A DNA stretch of 63,741 bases, filler included, from Octopus bimaculoides (lineage: Eukaryota): NCBI RefSeq assembly GCF_001194135.2. It is 6 parts of 5 records of this genome, joined end to end, with 100 filler letters (N's around TTAATTAATTAA, not from the genome) between each part and the next. Parts side by side here need not be neighbours in the genome. Positions count along the whole stretch, not along the records: positions 1 to 13,726 come from NC_069002.1; 5 more parts are not named here. One strand, given 5' to 3'. The position numbers and the translations under genes are program-made. The notes beneath the pieces are model-generated. The model saw only the letters and a program-made list of their open reading frames with translations. It searched no databases and was not told the DNA's origin. Below, piece by piece: positions 1-12,324 of the stretch. Position 1 is the first letter of the stretch, and every line of letters starts with the position of its first letter.

Positions 1-55
<55 letters not shown>

Positions 56-77
56 GTGTGTGTGCGCGTGCGTGTGT
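1..77. repeat. (TG)n microsatellite
   Basis: Direct: uninterrupted TG run, degenerating to TGCG at the right end. Confidence 0.98.
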
Positions 78-1711
78 TTGATTGTAGTTATATACATACG
101 GAGGCAATATGCCGGAGTAGTAAGGACGTTCGATATATTGCATTGCAGTGATCGTTCGCGGACATCCATGGTCTGTGTTGAAATCAGGACAGATCAAGTT
201 TAAAATAAATACCCAAATATGTACTAATGTCATCTTTTCCCTACTTCGAACTTCTCTCTTTCAGTGTGTCAATCTCTGTCTTCAGCAATATAATGTCTGT
301 GATCATAGCTAGAAGGTTAAAGGACTGAGCCATATTTAAAATCTGCATAGGACACACTGGAAGTCACGATGGCACTCGTACTACTCTACTTAGTATTACA
401 TGAGATAATTCCGTTTGATGGCCCCCAATGTACAGAGTAGAATAATTAGAATGTACTAGAACAGCAACAGAATTGACAGGAATAAGAGTAGACTGTGGCA
501 TGTGTAACACAGATTCGTTGCTGTAATATTGGTAAGGAATCGCCTTGCTCTTAATGTGACAAACACAAATGGCCGACGATGAGATGGAACACCAAGAATG
601 CGAAGTGACTGCACATCATGAAGGGGACAGTTTCGATGTTAAGATCAGAAGTATGATGCTATCACCTAGCAGCGTCCAGCTAGGATGAACTATTTTCAAA
701 GACACGACAGAGACTTGACCGACGACGAGAAAGAGTCATAAAGAAGATTCGACCGTGAGGTGAGGGATAGAAAATGTTGGGAGAATCACCAATCTGATAC
801 ATTATAATCACCATCACTGCAACCGTAACCATTGTGACTGCAAGAATCAAAATCACCACCACCGCCGCCGCCGCCATCACCANNNNNNNNNNNNNNNNNN
901 NNNNNNNNNNNNNNNNNNNNNNNNNNNNNNNNNNNNNNNNNNNNNNNNNNNNNNNNNNNNNNNNNNNNNNNNNNNNNNNNNNNNNNNNNNNNNNNNNNNN
1001 NNNNNNNNNNNNNNNNNNNNNNNNNNNNNNNNNNNNNNNNNNNNNNNNNNNNNNNNNNNNNNNNNNNNNNNNNNNNNNNNNNNNNNNNNNNNNNNNNNNN
1101 NNNNNNNNNNNNNNNNNNNNNNNNNNNNNNNNNNNNNNNNNNNNNNNNNNNNNNNNNNNNNNNNCACGCCGGCCAGTCTTGTCTGTGATCGATGTGTTTT
1201 CCTTGTTAAGTTCTCTGTGGTTTTTTTCTTTGTTTGTATGTACATTTTTACTTACATACGGTAACTTTTTTCGAGCATAGTCTTGTCTATCACTTTTAAC
1301 CTCGTGTAATATATATCTTCTTTCGTTTTTGAATATTAATATGTATATGTATAACTCTCTATGGTTTTTCTCTACTAGTGCACCTGTTACGTTATATTCT
1401 ACTATACACATGTGGTCCTGTTTACATTATACTTCGTCTCGACCTGTTAGCATTTTTTAAAACATATTCGTTAGATTTTTATTGTTTTTATGGTATAATT
1501 TACTGCACATATAGACGTGCATACACATTGATATGTCTCTCCTTTTTTTTCTCCTTCGTCTCTCTCTATTATTATTATTGTTATTTTTCCCCTTTTACAA
1601 CTTGCTTGTAAATATCAGATTTTTCCCTATTATCCCTTTTGTATTCTCCCTTATTGTATCTTATTTTAAGTTATTTTATTTTATTAAACCTGTTTTGATG
1701 TCCTTCTAAAA

Positions 1712-1822
1712 ATTCTTCACGCTGATGAGAATGACAATGCATAAATTTGATTATAATTACTATGATTATAACTTTTTCTTACATATTTGTATTGTCCTTT
1801 GAAACTCGCGTATGTATTGAAT
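1712..1822 (+). ncRNA. Degenerate type-I hammerhead ribozyme-like motif with long stem II
   Basis: CTGATGA 1722-1728 and GAAA 1801-1804. Stem II 1729-1741/1788-1800 pairs 12 of 13 including G-U. Stem III is A1804-T1811 and C1805-G1810. GTA triplet 1810-1812. Stem I partly paired (3 bp + 3x3 loop + 4 bp). The closing pair of stem II is G-U rather than G-C. Confidence 0.4.
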
Positions 1823-2351
1823 CATATTCTGTATTAAATATAATTGTGATGCAACATCTTTTACTCCCCCATTTTTCTATAATTGTTTGTACCTATAGCG
1901 ATATTTTTCAATTACTATTTTCATATTCTTATTACTTGTTCAGGCTGTTTTTTTATGAATATGATGAATCTTTATTAGAAATCATTCTTTCTCTCTTTTT
2001 GGACCTCTCAAAAAGTTTGAATTGTTCTTTTTTTGAATTCATTTTTCCCATATATATATATGTATATATATATTAGCGACAGAGGCAGTATTGATACCGA
2101 GAGTTAATATCTATCCTCATTCAAACGCGGATGTTCAGTTAGAACAAACTATATTGTGGTAGATATGTCGGGAGAAAATTTTGGTGCAGAATGCACTTTT
2201 GTTTATACCGCCAGTGTGCCATCTATATATATTATTTAAACAGACACAGAATAGCAGACTACTTAATCAGTCTCAATAGACACCTACACTCAACTGCAGT
2301 ATTGAGATCTTCTTACCTTGTTCGTCAGAACTAGCGAATATAAACATCTGT

Positions 2352-2397
<46 letters not shown>

Positions 2398-3500
2398 ATG
2401 CGCGCATCCTTGTGTGTGTGTGTTTATAAATGATTGAATTTGTGCATACGCATTCTTTTGAATGCAATAATGACAGGTACGAAGAGAAAAAACTAGGTAG
2501 AGTTATGCATAATTACTACGAAATAGACTTAGGTAGATCAGGATTTTATCACACAAGCACACAAGCACACACACACCTTTCTATTTCTATGCATTCTCAC
2601 TTTTAAAAAAAAAAAGCTCTCCAAAGTCACATGGCCGCCAGAAATCCGAAACAAACAGTAAACATTTGTACTAAAAACTGATTTATTTTTGAAAAATACT
2701 TGGAATGGGAGAATAAACCAAAAGGCAAAAAAGAGACTTTTTTTTCTGTCCTTTTCTCTTTTTTCTTTCTTTAACAATCCCTGATTTTCTTTCTTCTCTG
2801 GCCGAGACTTACTTAATATCATTACCACTCATATGTTATTATTTCCTTTTTTTCCATTGGGAGAGATTTTTTAATGCTGGAAGCCATATTTTCAGCCGGG
2901 AGCCACATTTTTTTTTCTGTTTTCAATCTTGTTTTANNNNNNNNNNNNNNNNNNNNNNNNNNNNNNNNNNNNNNNNNNNNNNNNNNNNNNNNNNNNNNNN
3001 NNNNNNNNNNNNNNNNNNNNNNNNNNNNNNNNNNNNNNNNNNNNNNNNNNNNNNNNNNNNNNNNNNNNNNNNNNNNNNNNNNNNNNNNNNNNNNNNNNNN
3101 NNNNNNNNNNNNNNNNNNNNNNNNNNNNNNNNNNNNNNNNNNNNNNNNNNNNNNNNNNNNNNNNNNNNNNNNNNNNNNNNNNNNNNNNNNNNNNNNNNNN
3201 NNNNNNNNNNNNNNNNNNNNNNNNNNNNNNNNNNNNNNNNNNNNNNNNNNNNNNNNNNNNNNNNNNNNNNNNNNNNNNNNNNNNNNNNNNNNNNNNNNNN
3301 NNNNNNNNNNNNNNNNNNNNNNNNNNNNNNNNNNNNNNNNNNNNNNNNNNNNNNNNNNNNNNNNNNNNNNNNNNNNNNNNNNNNNNNNNNNNNNNNNNNN
3401 NNNNNNNNNNNNNNNNNNNNNNNNNNNNNNNNNNNNNNNNNNNNNNNNNNNNNNNNNNNNNNNNNNNNNNNNNNNNNNNNNNNNNNNNNNNTATTATTTA

Positions 3501-3508
3501 TAGTAGTA

Positions 3509-3588
<80 letters not shown>

Positions 3589-3638
3589 AAGAAGAAGAAG
3601 AAGAAGAAGAAGAAGAAGAACAACAACAACAACAACAA
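3501..3638. repeat. Compound microsatellite (TAG)(TAA)n(GAA)n(CAA)n
   Basis: Direct reading. Confidence 0.97.
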
Positions 3639-4200
3639 TTACAAGAATGGTTTCTCTATTCGTCATAAGTGCTTATATATAATATAAAAAACATGTATTG
3701 AAATTAGTTTCCCGAAATGGAGGACGTCAAGGAAAACAGAAAAGAGCAGGAAAAACGGAGGGAAAATTTGTATATAAACACGCTACAATGATGCTCTGAC
3801 AAGATGTAATATTCAGGAATTTCACTGCATTCAGTCTCCAGCACTGACCATTGAAACCAGCGAGTCCTGCATTTAATTTTAAACCAATACGATTTCGGTG
3901 ATTCGCTGCATCTCAAATCTTCTAGATTCGTCTTTAAAACTCCTTGACAGCTTTTGATGTGGTTTTCAACAATAATCCTTATTTTGAGTTGCTTTTCATT
4001 CGTCAATCATCTCTTACCAAACTTAACCATCATTTCTTCTGTCCAGTTTTAGATTCTTTAATTTTTTCAATAGATACTCGATGTTCTTTCAGAGAACGGT
4101 CATGTTTAAACCACTCCAGGAGAGGTTTGGTGCCTCTTTATGAATGTCTTTAACAATAGTATGGGTGTTTAGGGGAGGGTGTCAAGTCTTCGGTTTCCTC

Positions 4201-4259
<59 letters not shown>

Positions 4260-4309
4260 CTTCTTCTTCTTCTTCTTCTTCTTCTTCTTCTTCTTCTTCT
4301 TCTTCTTCT
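4201..4309. repeat. Compound microsatellite (TTG)n(TTC)n, running into an N gap
   Basis: Direct reading. Confidence 0.97.
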
Positions 4310-4671
4310 NNNNNNNNNNNNNNNNNNNNNNNNNNNNNNNNNNNNNNNNNNNNNNNNNNNNNNNNNNNNNNNNNNNNNNNNNNNNNNNNNNNNNNNNNNN
4401 NNNNNNNNNNNNNNNNNNNNNNNNNNNNNNNNNNNNNNNNNNNNNNNNNNNNNNNNNNNNNNNNNNNNNNNNNNNNNNNNNNNNNNNNNNNNNNNNNNNN
4501 NNNNNNNNNNNNNNNNNNNNNNNNNNNNNNNNNNNNNNNNNNNNNNNNNNNNNNNNNNNNNNNNNNNNNNNNNNNNNNNNNNNNNNNNNNNNNNNNNNNN
4601 NNNNNNNNNNNNNNNNNNNNNNNNNNNNNNNNNNNNNNNNNNNNNNNNNNNNNNNNNNNNNNNNNNNNNNN

Positions 4672-7010
4672 TGTGTATGTTGTATCCTATCTAGATCATT
4701 GACTCCTAAATATTTGTATGGCTGGCTTTCGTGTAATTCTCTTATTTCATTGGCTTTATCTAGTGTGATGTTACTACTCTCAACTAGTTTTCCTCTTTAC
4801 AGGGTTGCGTTGGCACATTTTTCTAATCCGAATTTCATATCTATTTCCTTGGTAAAGCCATGTACTGTCTGTAGTAGTGTTTCCAGCTCTTTGTCATTTT
4901 TAGCGTATAATTTTAGGTCATCCATATATAAAAGGTGGCTGACTGTTTTGCCGTAACATTTGTATCCGCATCCAGTTCTATTTAGCAATTCAGTTAAAGA
5001 TGTGAATGCCAAGCAGAACAGGAGTGGAGAGAGCGCGTCTCCGTGGAATATTCCTCTTCTAATGGGGATGGTTTCGTTTTCACGAGTCCCTCTCTTGTTT
5101 GGAGCTGAAGCACTGTCTTCCATTTATTCATAGAGTGACTTATGTATTTTATAATAATTGGTGCCACCTTGTTTATGGCTAGTGTTTCGAGGATCCACGT
5201 GTGGGGAATTCAATTGAAAGCTTTTCGGTAGTCTACCCAGGTCATACTGAGGCCTTTCTTCTTTCTGTGGCTGTCTTCAGTTATGGCTTTATTGATCATT
5301 AATTGATCTTTACAGCCGTATGAGCCCTTGCAGCATCCCTTCTGCTCTTCTGGAAACAGGTTGTTATTTTCCATGTGCTTACTCAATATCTGCGATATTA
5401 TTGCAGTAAAGGCTTTGTAGATTGTAGGGAGACAGTTTATAGATCTGTAGTTTTGTGGTTTCTCCGTTTCCGTGGATTTGGGAATTAAGATGATTTTCCG
5501 TTTCGTGAGCCATTCAGGCATTGTCTCTGGCTCTGCTAGTATGTTGTTAAAGTTTTCTGCCAGCTTTTTGTGCATTCCTGTCAGGTATTTTAACCAGAAG
5601 TTGGGGATCTTGTCGTGCCCAGGTGCCTTCCAGTTGCTTAGTCTTTACAGTGCCTGGGTGACCTCTTCAGTTGTTATAGGGGCCCAGAGTTGGTCAGGTG
5701 CTACGTTCGTTCTTTTGATGGTCCTTTTCTGGGGTTGTTGCTTCACAGACCATATTTGTTTCCAGAATTCTTCCAGTTCTTCTGCTGTTGGTGCTGCAGT
5801 AATGTCTATTTTATTTTTACTAAGTTCTTGGTAGAATTGTTTGGGGTTGGATTTGAACTGTTTGTTTTGTTCAAAGAAACGTTGGCGTTTCTCATACCGG
5901 CGGATCCTTTGTGCTTTGGCGAGGATGTCTTGCTTTAGTTTTTCTTTTGCCTCAGGTAAATGTTTTTCTGTAATGTTGTATTGCACAGTATTTTTGTTTT
6001 CTATTTGTTACTTAGTTGTGTTAATTGTCCACTAATTTCATTGAGAATCGATAGATCTTTTCTCTTTTTTTAATTTTGTTTTGGATATTATTTATCCACA
6101 GGGTTTGTTTGGGTGGTAGAACTCCTGTTCGGATGGGTTTGAGTGAGTATTCTGCTTCTTTTGTGGCTGCAGTGGCTGCCGCATATATTATGTCATTTAG
6201 CTCAGTGCTATTGCCAGTTGTTTCTGAGGCTGTTAGTTCCGTGACGGCCAGGTTTATGCTATTTATTATTGATATTGTTTTATTGTCTATTATGATTTTG
6301 GGAGATATAATCTGTGGTCCATTCTAAGATCTGTGGTTTTCAGTTCTTTGGTTATTTTCATTTTCACAGTATCGTAATTATTAGGTTTCCCTTCGTTNNN
6401 NNNNNNNNNNNNNNNNNNNNNNNNNNNNNNNNNNNNNNNNNNNNNNNNNNNNNNNNNNNNNNNNNNNNNNNNNNNNNNNNNNNNNNNNNNNNNNNNNNNN
6501 NNNNNNNNNNNNNNNNNNNNNNNNNNNNNNNNNNNNNNNNNNNNNNNNNNNNNNNNNNNNNNNNNNNNNNNNNNNNNNNNNNNNNNNNNNNNNNNNNNNN
6601 NNNNNNNNNNNNNNNNNNNNNNNNNNNNNNNNNNNNNNNNNNNNNNNNNNNNNNNNNNNNNNNNNNNNNNNNNNNNNNNNNNNNNNNNNNNNNNNNNNNN
6701 NNNNNNNNNNNNNNNNNNNNNNNNNNNNNNNNNNNNNNNNNNNNNNNNNNNNNNNNNNTTTTGACCGTCATCATTTTCGGTCATCATGTTGACGGTCATC
6801 ATTTTCGTAGGGTACCGGTCCGTTCATTTCTGTTGTCAGATTGTTTTGCACGTGCAGCTCTTCGTACTTTTTGTGTAACAAGTTTTAAGTACGCACTTCC
6901 CGGTTGTTATTCTTGGGTGGAATAATACCGGTATTATTTAATCTATTTGTAATCTTTTTGTACATTGGTGTTTGGTGCCGGAGATGGTCTGGTGTTGATG
7001 TACCATGCGT
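4672..7010 (-). mobile_element. R4/Dong-clade non-LTR retrotransposon, copy A (N-terminus + RT; stops and frameshifts; 3' end lost in gap)
   Basis: Minus-strand translation gives KLKQDILAKAQRIRRY, NWKAPGHDKIPNFWLK, EEQKGC..GSYGCKDQL, WVDYRKAF, RRGIFHGDALSPLLFC, HLLYMDDLKLYAK (YMDD 4917-4928), KFGLEKC, YKYLGV. An R4-like N-terminal motif (TKKDYK..YRYY) lies near 6940-6985. Interrupted by gap 6398-6758. Confidence 0.9.
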
Positions 7011-7213
7011 GCATACATGTGATATGCGAGCAGTGGAGATGATATCCAGTTAAAATACATCTTTTTATGTGGGAAAATAGAAATAAATTTCAATGAGTAT
7101 TACTTACTCGAATATAGTCCAACCCTTTGTCAGCTACTTTTGGCTGCATGCGATGTTTTTATTTCCGATGATTTTTGGATAAATTTCGGAGCAGTGATTT
7201 ATCGTTCTCACAT

Positions 7214-7351
7214 GTTAAACGTCCGCGGTATCTGTTCGTTAAACGTCCCCGGTGTCTGTTCATTAAACGTCCCCGGTGTATGTTCGTTAAACATCCCTGG
7301 TGTCTGTTGTTAAACGTCCCCGGTGTCTATTCGTTAAACATCCCCGGTGTC

Positions 7352-7355
<4 letters not shown>
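7214..7355. repeat. 24-bp minisatellite, about 6 units of TGTTCGTTAAACGTCCCCGGTGTC
   Basis: Units at 7214(partial), 7233, 7257, 7281, 7305 (23 bp) and 7328. They are directly adjacent, with no spacers. Confidence 0.95.

Positions 7356-7423
<68 letters not shown>
7354..7423 (-). repeat. (TAA)n tract at the 3' end of R4 copy B
   Basis: (TTA)n on the + strand, abutting the 3' UTR of copy B. Confidence 0.95.
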
Positions 7424-7424
<1 letters not shown>

Positions 7425-9613
7425 TTTATTACGATTTCTTTTTAATACAGATCTTATTGGAACTCCAGGAATTTTGCATGCGTAGCTGGCTTACTACCTG
7501 CGGCCTACGGCACCATGCTATGATCTCTCTTAAGCTATCTAATACTTTCGTGATTATTCTGGCCGTGCCAAAGAGGCAAATCTATTGGGCACTTTATTCA
7601 CATTCATCATTTTCAATAGCCGGGATACTTCGTACTTAAGTGTTGTATTTATCTATCATTTCGCCTTCCTTTTTGACTATTCGTGGGTCAAAGGGGCATG
7701 CAACACCAACTATATAGCACATGTGGTAGATCTTATTCACCGCCAGGTCCGGTCTGTTATGTTCTAGCACCTGATCTCTTTGGATTGGGAAACCACTTGT
7801 AGTAGTTTTGAGCAAGTCTAGGGCATTCGTTCGTGATATGTGCAATGGTTTCATCCACTGTTACAGATAATGCACAGCAGAGAAATTTGCTCATTCTTAA
7901 GGCTGACCCTCCAGTTGATGGCCAAAGCTCGGTCTTGCGCTACCAGTATAGCATTCTCGGTCTCTTTTTAGTGTTCCTTTCTTCAGCCAATCCTACTTTT
8001 TTTTTCCAACTACTTCTGTTGTGGCTACATGGAATTGATTGTGTAGCCCAATCTTGCGTAATTCTATTTCATGTACTTTTTGTAATTTTTCATTTGTTTT
8101 TTCTCTACTTTCATTACTCCCTCGTTCCCAACTGACACTAGCAAGGTTTCCTTACTTTGGGCTAGGTATCTCATTGGGCTCTAGAGTTCGATACCTACGC
8201 AGTCTTCCACACTTATCAGTCCCCTTCCTCCATGAGCTCTCTTCATGTATAGGTGATCAGTGTCTACATGTGGATGATGGTCTCCATGCATCGTTCGGAG
8301 CTTTCTTGACTTCCTGTCCATCTCTTTTAGCTCCTCCTCTGTTCACTTCAAGATTCCAACGCCATACCGAACTACTGCGAGTTCACACGAATTTATTGCC
8401 GAAATAATCTTTCTGGCATTCAGCTTTGAAGACAATATCTTTCTCAATCGCTGCAGGCACTCTCTTTCTGTGTTCCCCTCATGTCAGTGTGTTTATGTTC
8501 ATCTGCCTCAAGTATTCCCAGGTATTTATAGCTGAACTGACAATATTCCTTTGTTTCTTTCCTCATTGTAATTCAGTCTTAATAATTTCTATCCACATTT
8601 CATCCCTTTATGCATCATATTATTTCCCCATAATCCGCTCCAAAACTACTTAGCCTGATTTGCATCAAGAGCAACATTTTCCCCATTGTCTCCTTCTAAA
8701 GTTAGGAAGAATTGCTTCGGGTTATTTTTTAACAATCTGTTCTCCTCGAACTGCTTATTTCTGTTCACAAATCTTCTGATTTTCTGGCTTTCGCCATGAT
8801 ACTCTATTTTGACTGCTCTATTACTGCAACAAACCCGTTATTCCGAATTTCATATTTCTTCTCTAATTTTTCTCGGTTGGTATTTTCCCCATTTTTCCAG
8901 TCTCCTCTTAACTATTGCTCAATTTTTTCAAGATCTTGTCTTACCTGCATTATGTCCCTTTCACTGCATCATTTCCACCATGGTTCTTTTGCTCCACCAT
9001 TTTTTGTTCTCTTAAATTGTAATTTCTCCTCAAGTAGTGCAATATCTCGGAGAGGATTCCTTGTTTGTGTCATGTCCTCCGTCTGGAGGTATGGCATGAC
9101 AATATTCATCTTTTGTGTTACTTTATTTATCATAATCCTATCTACCATTTTCATATTCACGGGGATTTTTTTTCTTCTGGAGCATTCATCAAATCGGTGA
9201 GTCGTCTTTGAAAAATTCGTTATCTAGTTGGTTATCTAATTGGTTCATTTCCCCTGCATGTCTATCCACCACACTATCAGGGTTCACTGTATAACGCTCC
9301 TGTTCCTTATCCTTAACAGCCCCATCACTATTTCCCTGTTCCTCCTGTCTACTCTTCTCTCTGTTTTCAAATCCGACCATCCTTTGTAGCCCATCCGCAG
9401 GGTCTCTTAGACTCTCTCACTAATCCGAGAAATTTCTACTCCAGTTAAGTAACCCTTCCTCCTAATCACTCTCACTTGGTTCATTAGTTTATTTTCTCAC
9501 ATTGGACGCATCTCCTCTTCCATCCAAAATATAGGTCGACCTCCTCCGCGACTTCTTTCCAGCTTTGCTCTTCCATGACATCCAATAAGTGTATCGGGCT
9601 CTTCCTTCGTCTA
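7424..9613 (-). mobile_element. R4/Dong-clade LINE, copy B, internally deleted (RT core absent)
   Basis: Minus strand: ENKLMNQVRVIRRKGYL, KEPWWK, YKYLGILEAD, KLNARKIISAIN, LYMKRAHGGRGLISVEDC, WLKKGTLKR, ETIAHITNECPRLAQNYYK, FPIQRDQVLEHNRPD, VACPFD, CLFGTARII. No QGD/YMDD region between about 8545 and the YKYLG motif. Confidence 0.85.
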
Positions 9614-9908
9614 NNNNNNNNNNNNNNNNNNNNNNNNNNNNNNNNNNNNNNNNNNNNNNNNNNNNNNNNNNNNNNNNNNNNNNNNNNNNNNNNNNNNNNN
9701 NNNNNNNNNNNNNNNNNNNNNNNNNNNNNNNNNNNNNNNNNNNNNNNNNNNNNNNNNNNNNNNNNNNNNNNNNNNNNNNNNNNNNNNNNNNNNNNNNNNN
9801 NNNNNNNNNNNNNNNNNNNNNNNNNNNNNNNNNNNNNNNNNNNNNNNNNNNNNNNNNNNNNNNNNNNNNNNNNNNNNNNNNNNNNNNNNNNNNNNNNNNN
9901 NNNNNNNN

Positions 9909-9977
<69 letters not shown>

Positions 9978-10074
9978 TACATACATATATAAATAACGTG
10001 CTGGCATTGAGTCGCCTCCATAACTACAGTGATTATCATTATCACCATCGTTCTGCCTACACCATTTAAAACTA

Positions 10075-10699
10075 TCAATAATAAAATGGATCCCGGTATA
10101 TTGCAGCAGATCTTCATCATTATTTATCAAATACTCGGCATGCATTTCCGCTTCATACCTTCTACAATGGCCTATACTAATTAGTTCTCTGCCACCATTC
10201 TTTCTTTTCATATACTGTCTGTTTACGTTAACACTTAATACCATATTTTGCGCTCCTTGGATGAATGGTAACCTAGAGATCATTCTCAATTTTTTAGTTA
10301 CTTTATTTTTTAGTTCCTCAAATTTTTAGTTCCTTTACTGGTCATTTCAAGTGCTCCCACAATCACTCGTATTGTAATCGTCTTGAGATGCTATCTTTGC
10401 TCCAACTACTGTCGTCATCTGTCCACTGTTCTCTTTTGGTTTTGTTTTCTGCTTGGGCAGTGACATTAGTAGAGGGGCTTTCCTGTTCAGATGTAACTTT
10501 TCCGCCGATCACCGTCTCTTGTTGTATGCTATTTTTGTTTCCGTATCCTAAGCGCCTCAAGCTCATTGATAGAAATTAGCCTTGATTTGTTTTCGAAGTT
10601 TTATTTTCGAGCAAGTTTTTTTCCTGTATTTTATATGAGACGTGTTACAACTTATATTTTGTTATTATTATCTGTCTCTTTTAGTTTCTTTAAACGCTC
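10075..10699 (-). mobile_element. Scrambled R4-like fragments, copy C
   Basis: Minus strand shows an N-terminal-like KTKREQWTDDD (about 10410-10445), then C-terminal-like VIVGALEMTSKG (about 10335-10370), then mid-ORF RQYMKRKNGGRELISI (about 10170-10225). The order is not colinear with an intact element. Confidence 0.55.
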
Positions 10700-10716
10700 T
10701 ATTATTATTATTATTA

Positions 10717-10781
<65 letters not shown>
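10700..10781 (-). repeat. (TAA)n tract between R4 copy D 3' end and copy C 5' region
   Basis: (TTA)n on the + strand. Confidence 0.96.
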
Positions 10782-11260
10782 GCCTTTGCACAGCTTCTAA
10801 CCCTGGAGGTGTACTACGGTGTCAGCTGTTCGCTATCAGTGAACTAATGTAACAACTCTTATTTTTCGTGAATCTTCCGTAGTATTCGAGCGGTTCCAAG
10901 CAGTGCTGTTTTCTGCAAGTGCTCCACCCTTTTTGCAGCCTATGTTTGTTCCATGTACTTCTCAAGAGTTTTACTCACTGTTCCCAGGGTTCCGCCAGTT
11001 ATTGGTACCACTAACACCTTTTTCATCGACCACAACTGCTTAACCTTCCAAGACTTCTTTCTTCCTTATCGCATACCTTGTTGTCAGCTGGGCATGCTAT
11101 ATCTATGATCCAGCATAGTTTGTTTTCTTTCTCAATTAAGTCTGTCTGGCTTCCTATTCTCTATCTCATGGTTGCACTGAATCATAAAATCCCATAGGAT
11201 CTTTGCATTATCATTTTCGATGTTGCCTTCGCGTTTATGTTCGTACCACTTTTTTGCTCA
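10782..11260 (-). mobile_element. 5'-truncated R4/Dong-clade LINE, copy D (REL endonuclease end + 3' UTR)
   Basis: Minus strand: KWYEHKREGNIENDNAKILWDFMIQCNHEIENRKPD, CWIIDIACPAD, VVPITGGTLG, HLQKTALLGTARILRK*, then about 90 nt UTR and (TAA)n. Confidence 0.87.
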
Positions 11261-12324
11261 TTATTATGTTGTTTTTTTCCTTCTATCTTCAAATTTTCTT
11301 CCATTTCTCGCCGAGTGTTTTCATACACTTACGGCAGAGAAACTCATTGTATGCATTCCCAGTTTACNNNNNNNNNNNNNNNNNNNNNNNNNNNNNNNNN
11401 NNNNNNNNNNNNNNNNNNNNNNNNNNNNNNNNNNNNNNNNNNNNNNNNNNNNNNNNNNNNNNNNNNNNNNNNNNNNNNNNNNNNNNNNNNNNNNNNNNNN
11501 NNNNNNNNNNNNNNNNNNNNNNNNNNNNNNNNNNNNNNNNNNNNNNNNNNNNNNNNNNNNNNNNNNNNNNNNNNNNNNNNNNNNNNNNNNNNNNNNNNNN
11601 NNNNNNNNNNNNNNNNNNNNNNNNNNNNNNNNNNNNNNNNNNNNNNNNNNNNNNNNNNNNNNNNNNNNNNNNNNNNNNNNNNNNNNNNNNNNNNNNNNNN
11701 NNNNNNNNNNNNNNNNNNNNNNNNNNNNNNNNNNNNNNNNNNNNNNNNNNNNNNNNNNNNNNNNNNNNNNNNNNNNNNNNNNNNNNNNNNNNNNNNNNNN
11801 NNNNNNNNNNNNNNNNNNNNNNNNNNNNNNNNNNNNNNNNNNNNNNNNNNNNNNNNNNNNNNNNNNNNNNNNNNNNNNNNNNNNNNNNNNNNNNNNNNNN
11901 NNNNNNNNNNNNNNNNNNNNNNNNNNNNNNNNNNNNNNNNNNNNNNNNNNNNNNNNNNNNNNNNNNNNNNNNNNNNNNNNNNNNNNNNNNNNNNNNNNNN
12001 NNNNNNNNNNNNNNNNNNNNNNNNNNNNNNNNNNNNNNNNNNNNNNNNNNNNNNNNNNNNNNNNNNNNNNNNNNNNNNNNNNNNNNNNNNNNNNNNNNNN
12101 NNNNNNNNNNNNNNNNNNNNNNNNNNNNNNNNNNNNNNNNNNNNNNNNNNNNNNNNNNNNNNNNNNNNNNNNNNNNNNNNNNNNNNNNNNNNNNNNNNNN
12201 NNNNNNNNNNNNNNNNNNNNNNNNNNNNNNNNNNNNNNNNNNNNNNNNNNNNNNNNNNNNNNNNNNNNNNNNNNNNNNNNNNNNNNNNNNNNNNATTAGA
12301 AGAAGAAGAAGAAGAAGAAGAAGA

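Noticed and set aside
265-800. Exon or decayed RTE C-terminus (RPARMNY..RDRKCWR)
   Set aside because: All frames are interrupted, and the motif similarity is too weak to assign.
3860-3940. Hammerhead or Penelope terminus on the minus strand (CTAGAAGA ... CCGAAATCGTA)
   Set aside because: The core has an insertion, there is no G10.1-C11.1 pair, and stem II is weak. The upstream peptide (..NHIKSC..) is too decayed to call GIY-YIG.
5266-5280. CTGAAGA-N8-GAAA on the minus strand
   Set aside because: It lies within RT codons (ITEDSHRK), with no stem II pair and no stems I or III.
7214-7355. CRISPR-like array
   Set aside because: The repeats are contiguous with no unique spacers, the context is eukaryotic, and there are no cas genes.
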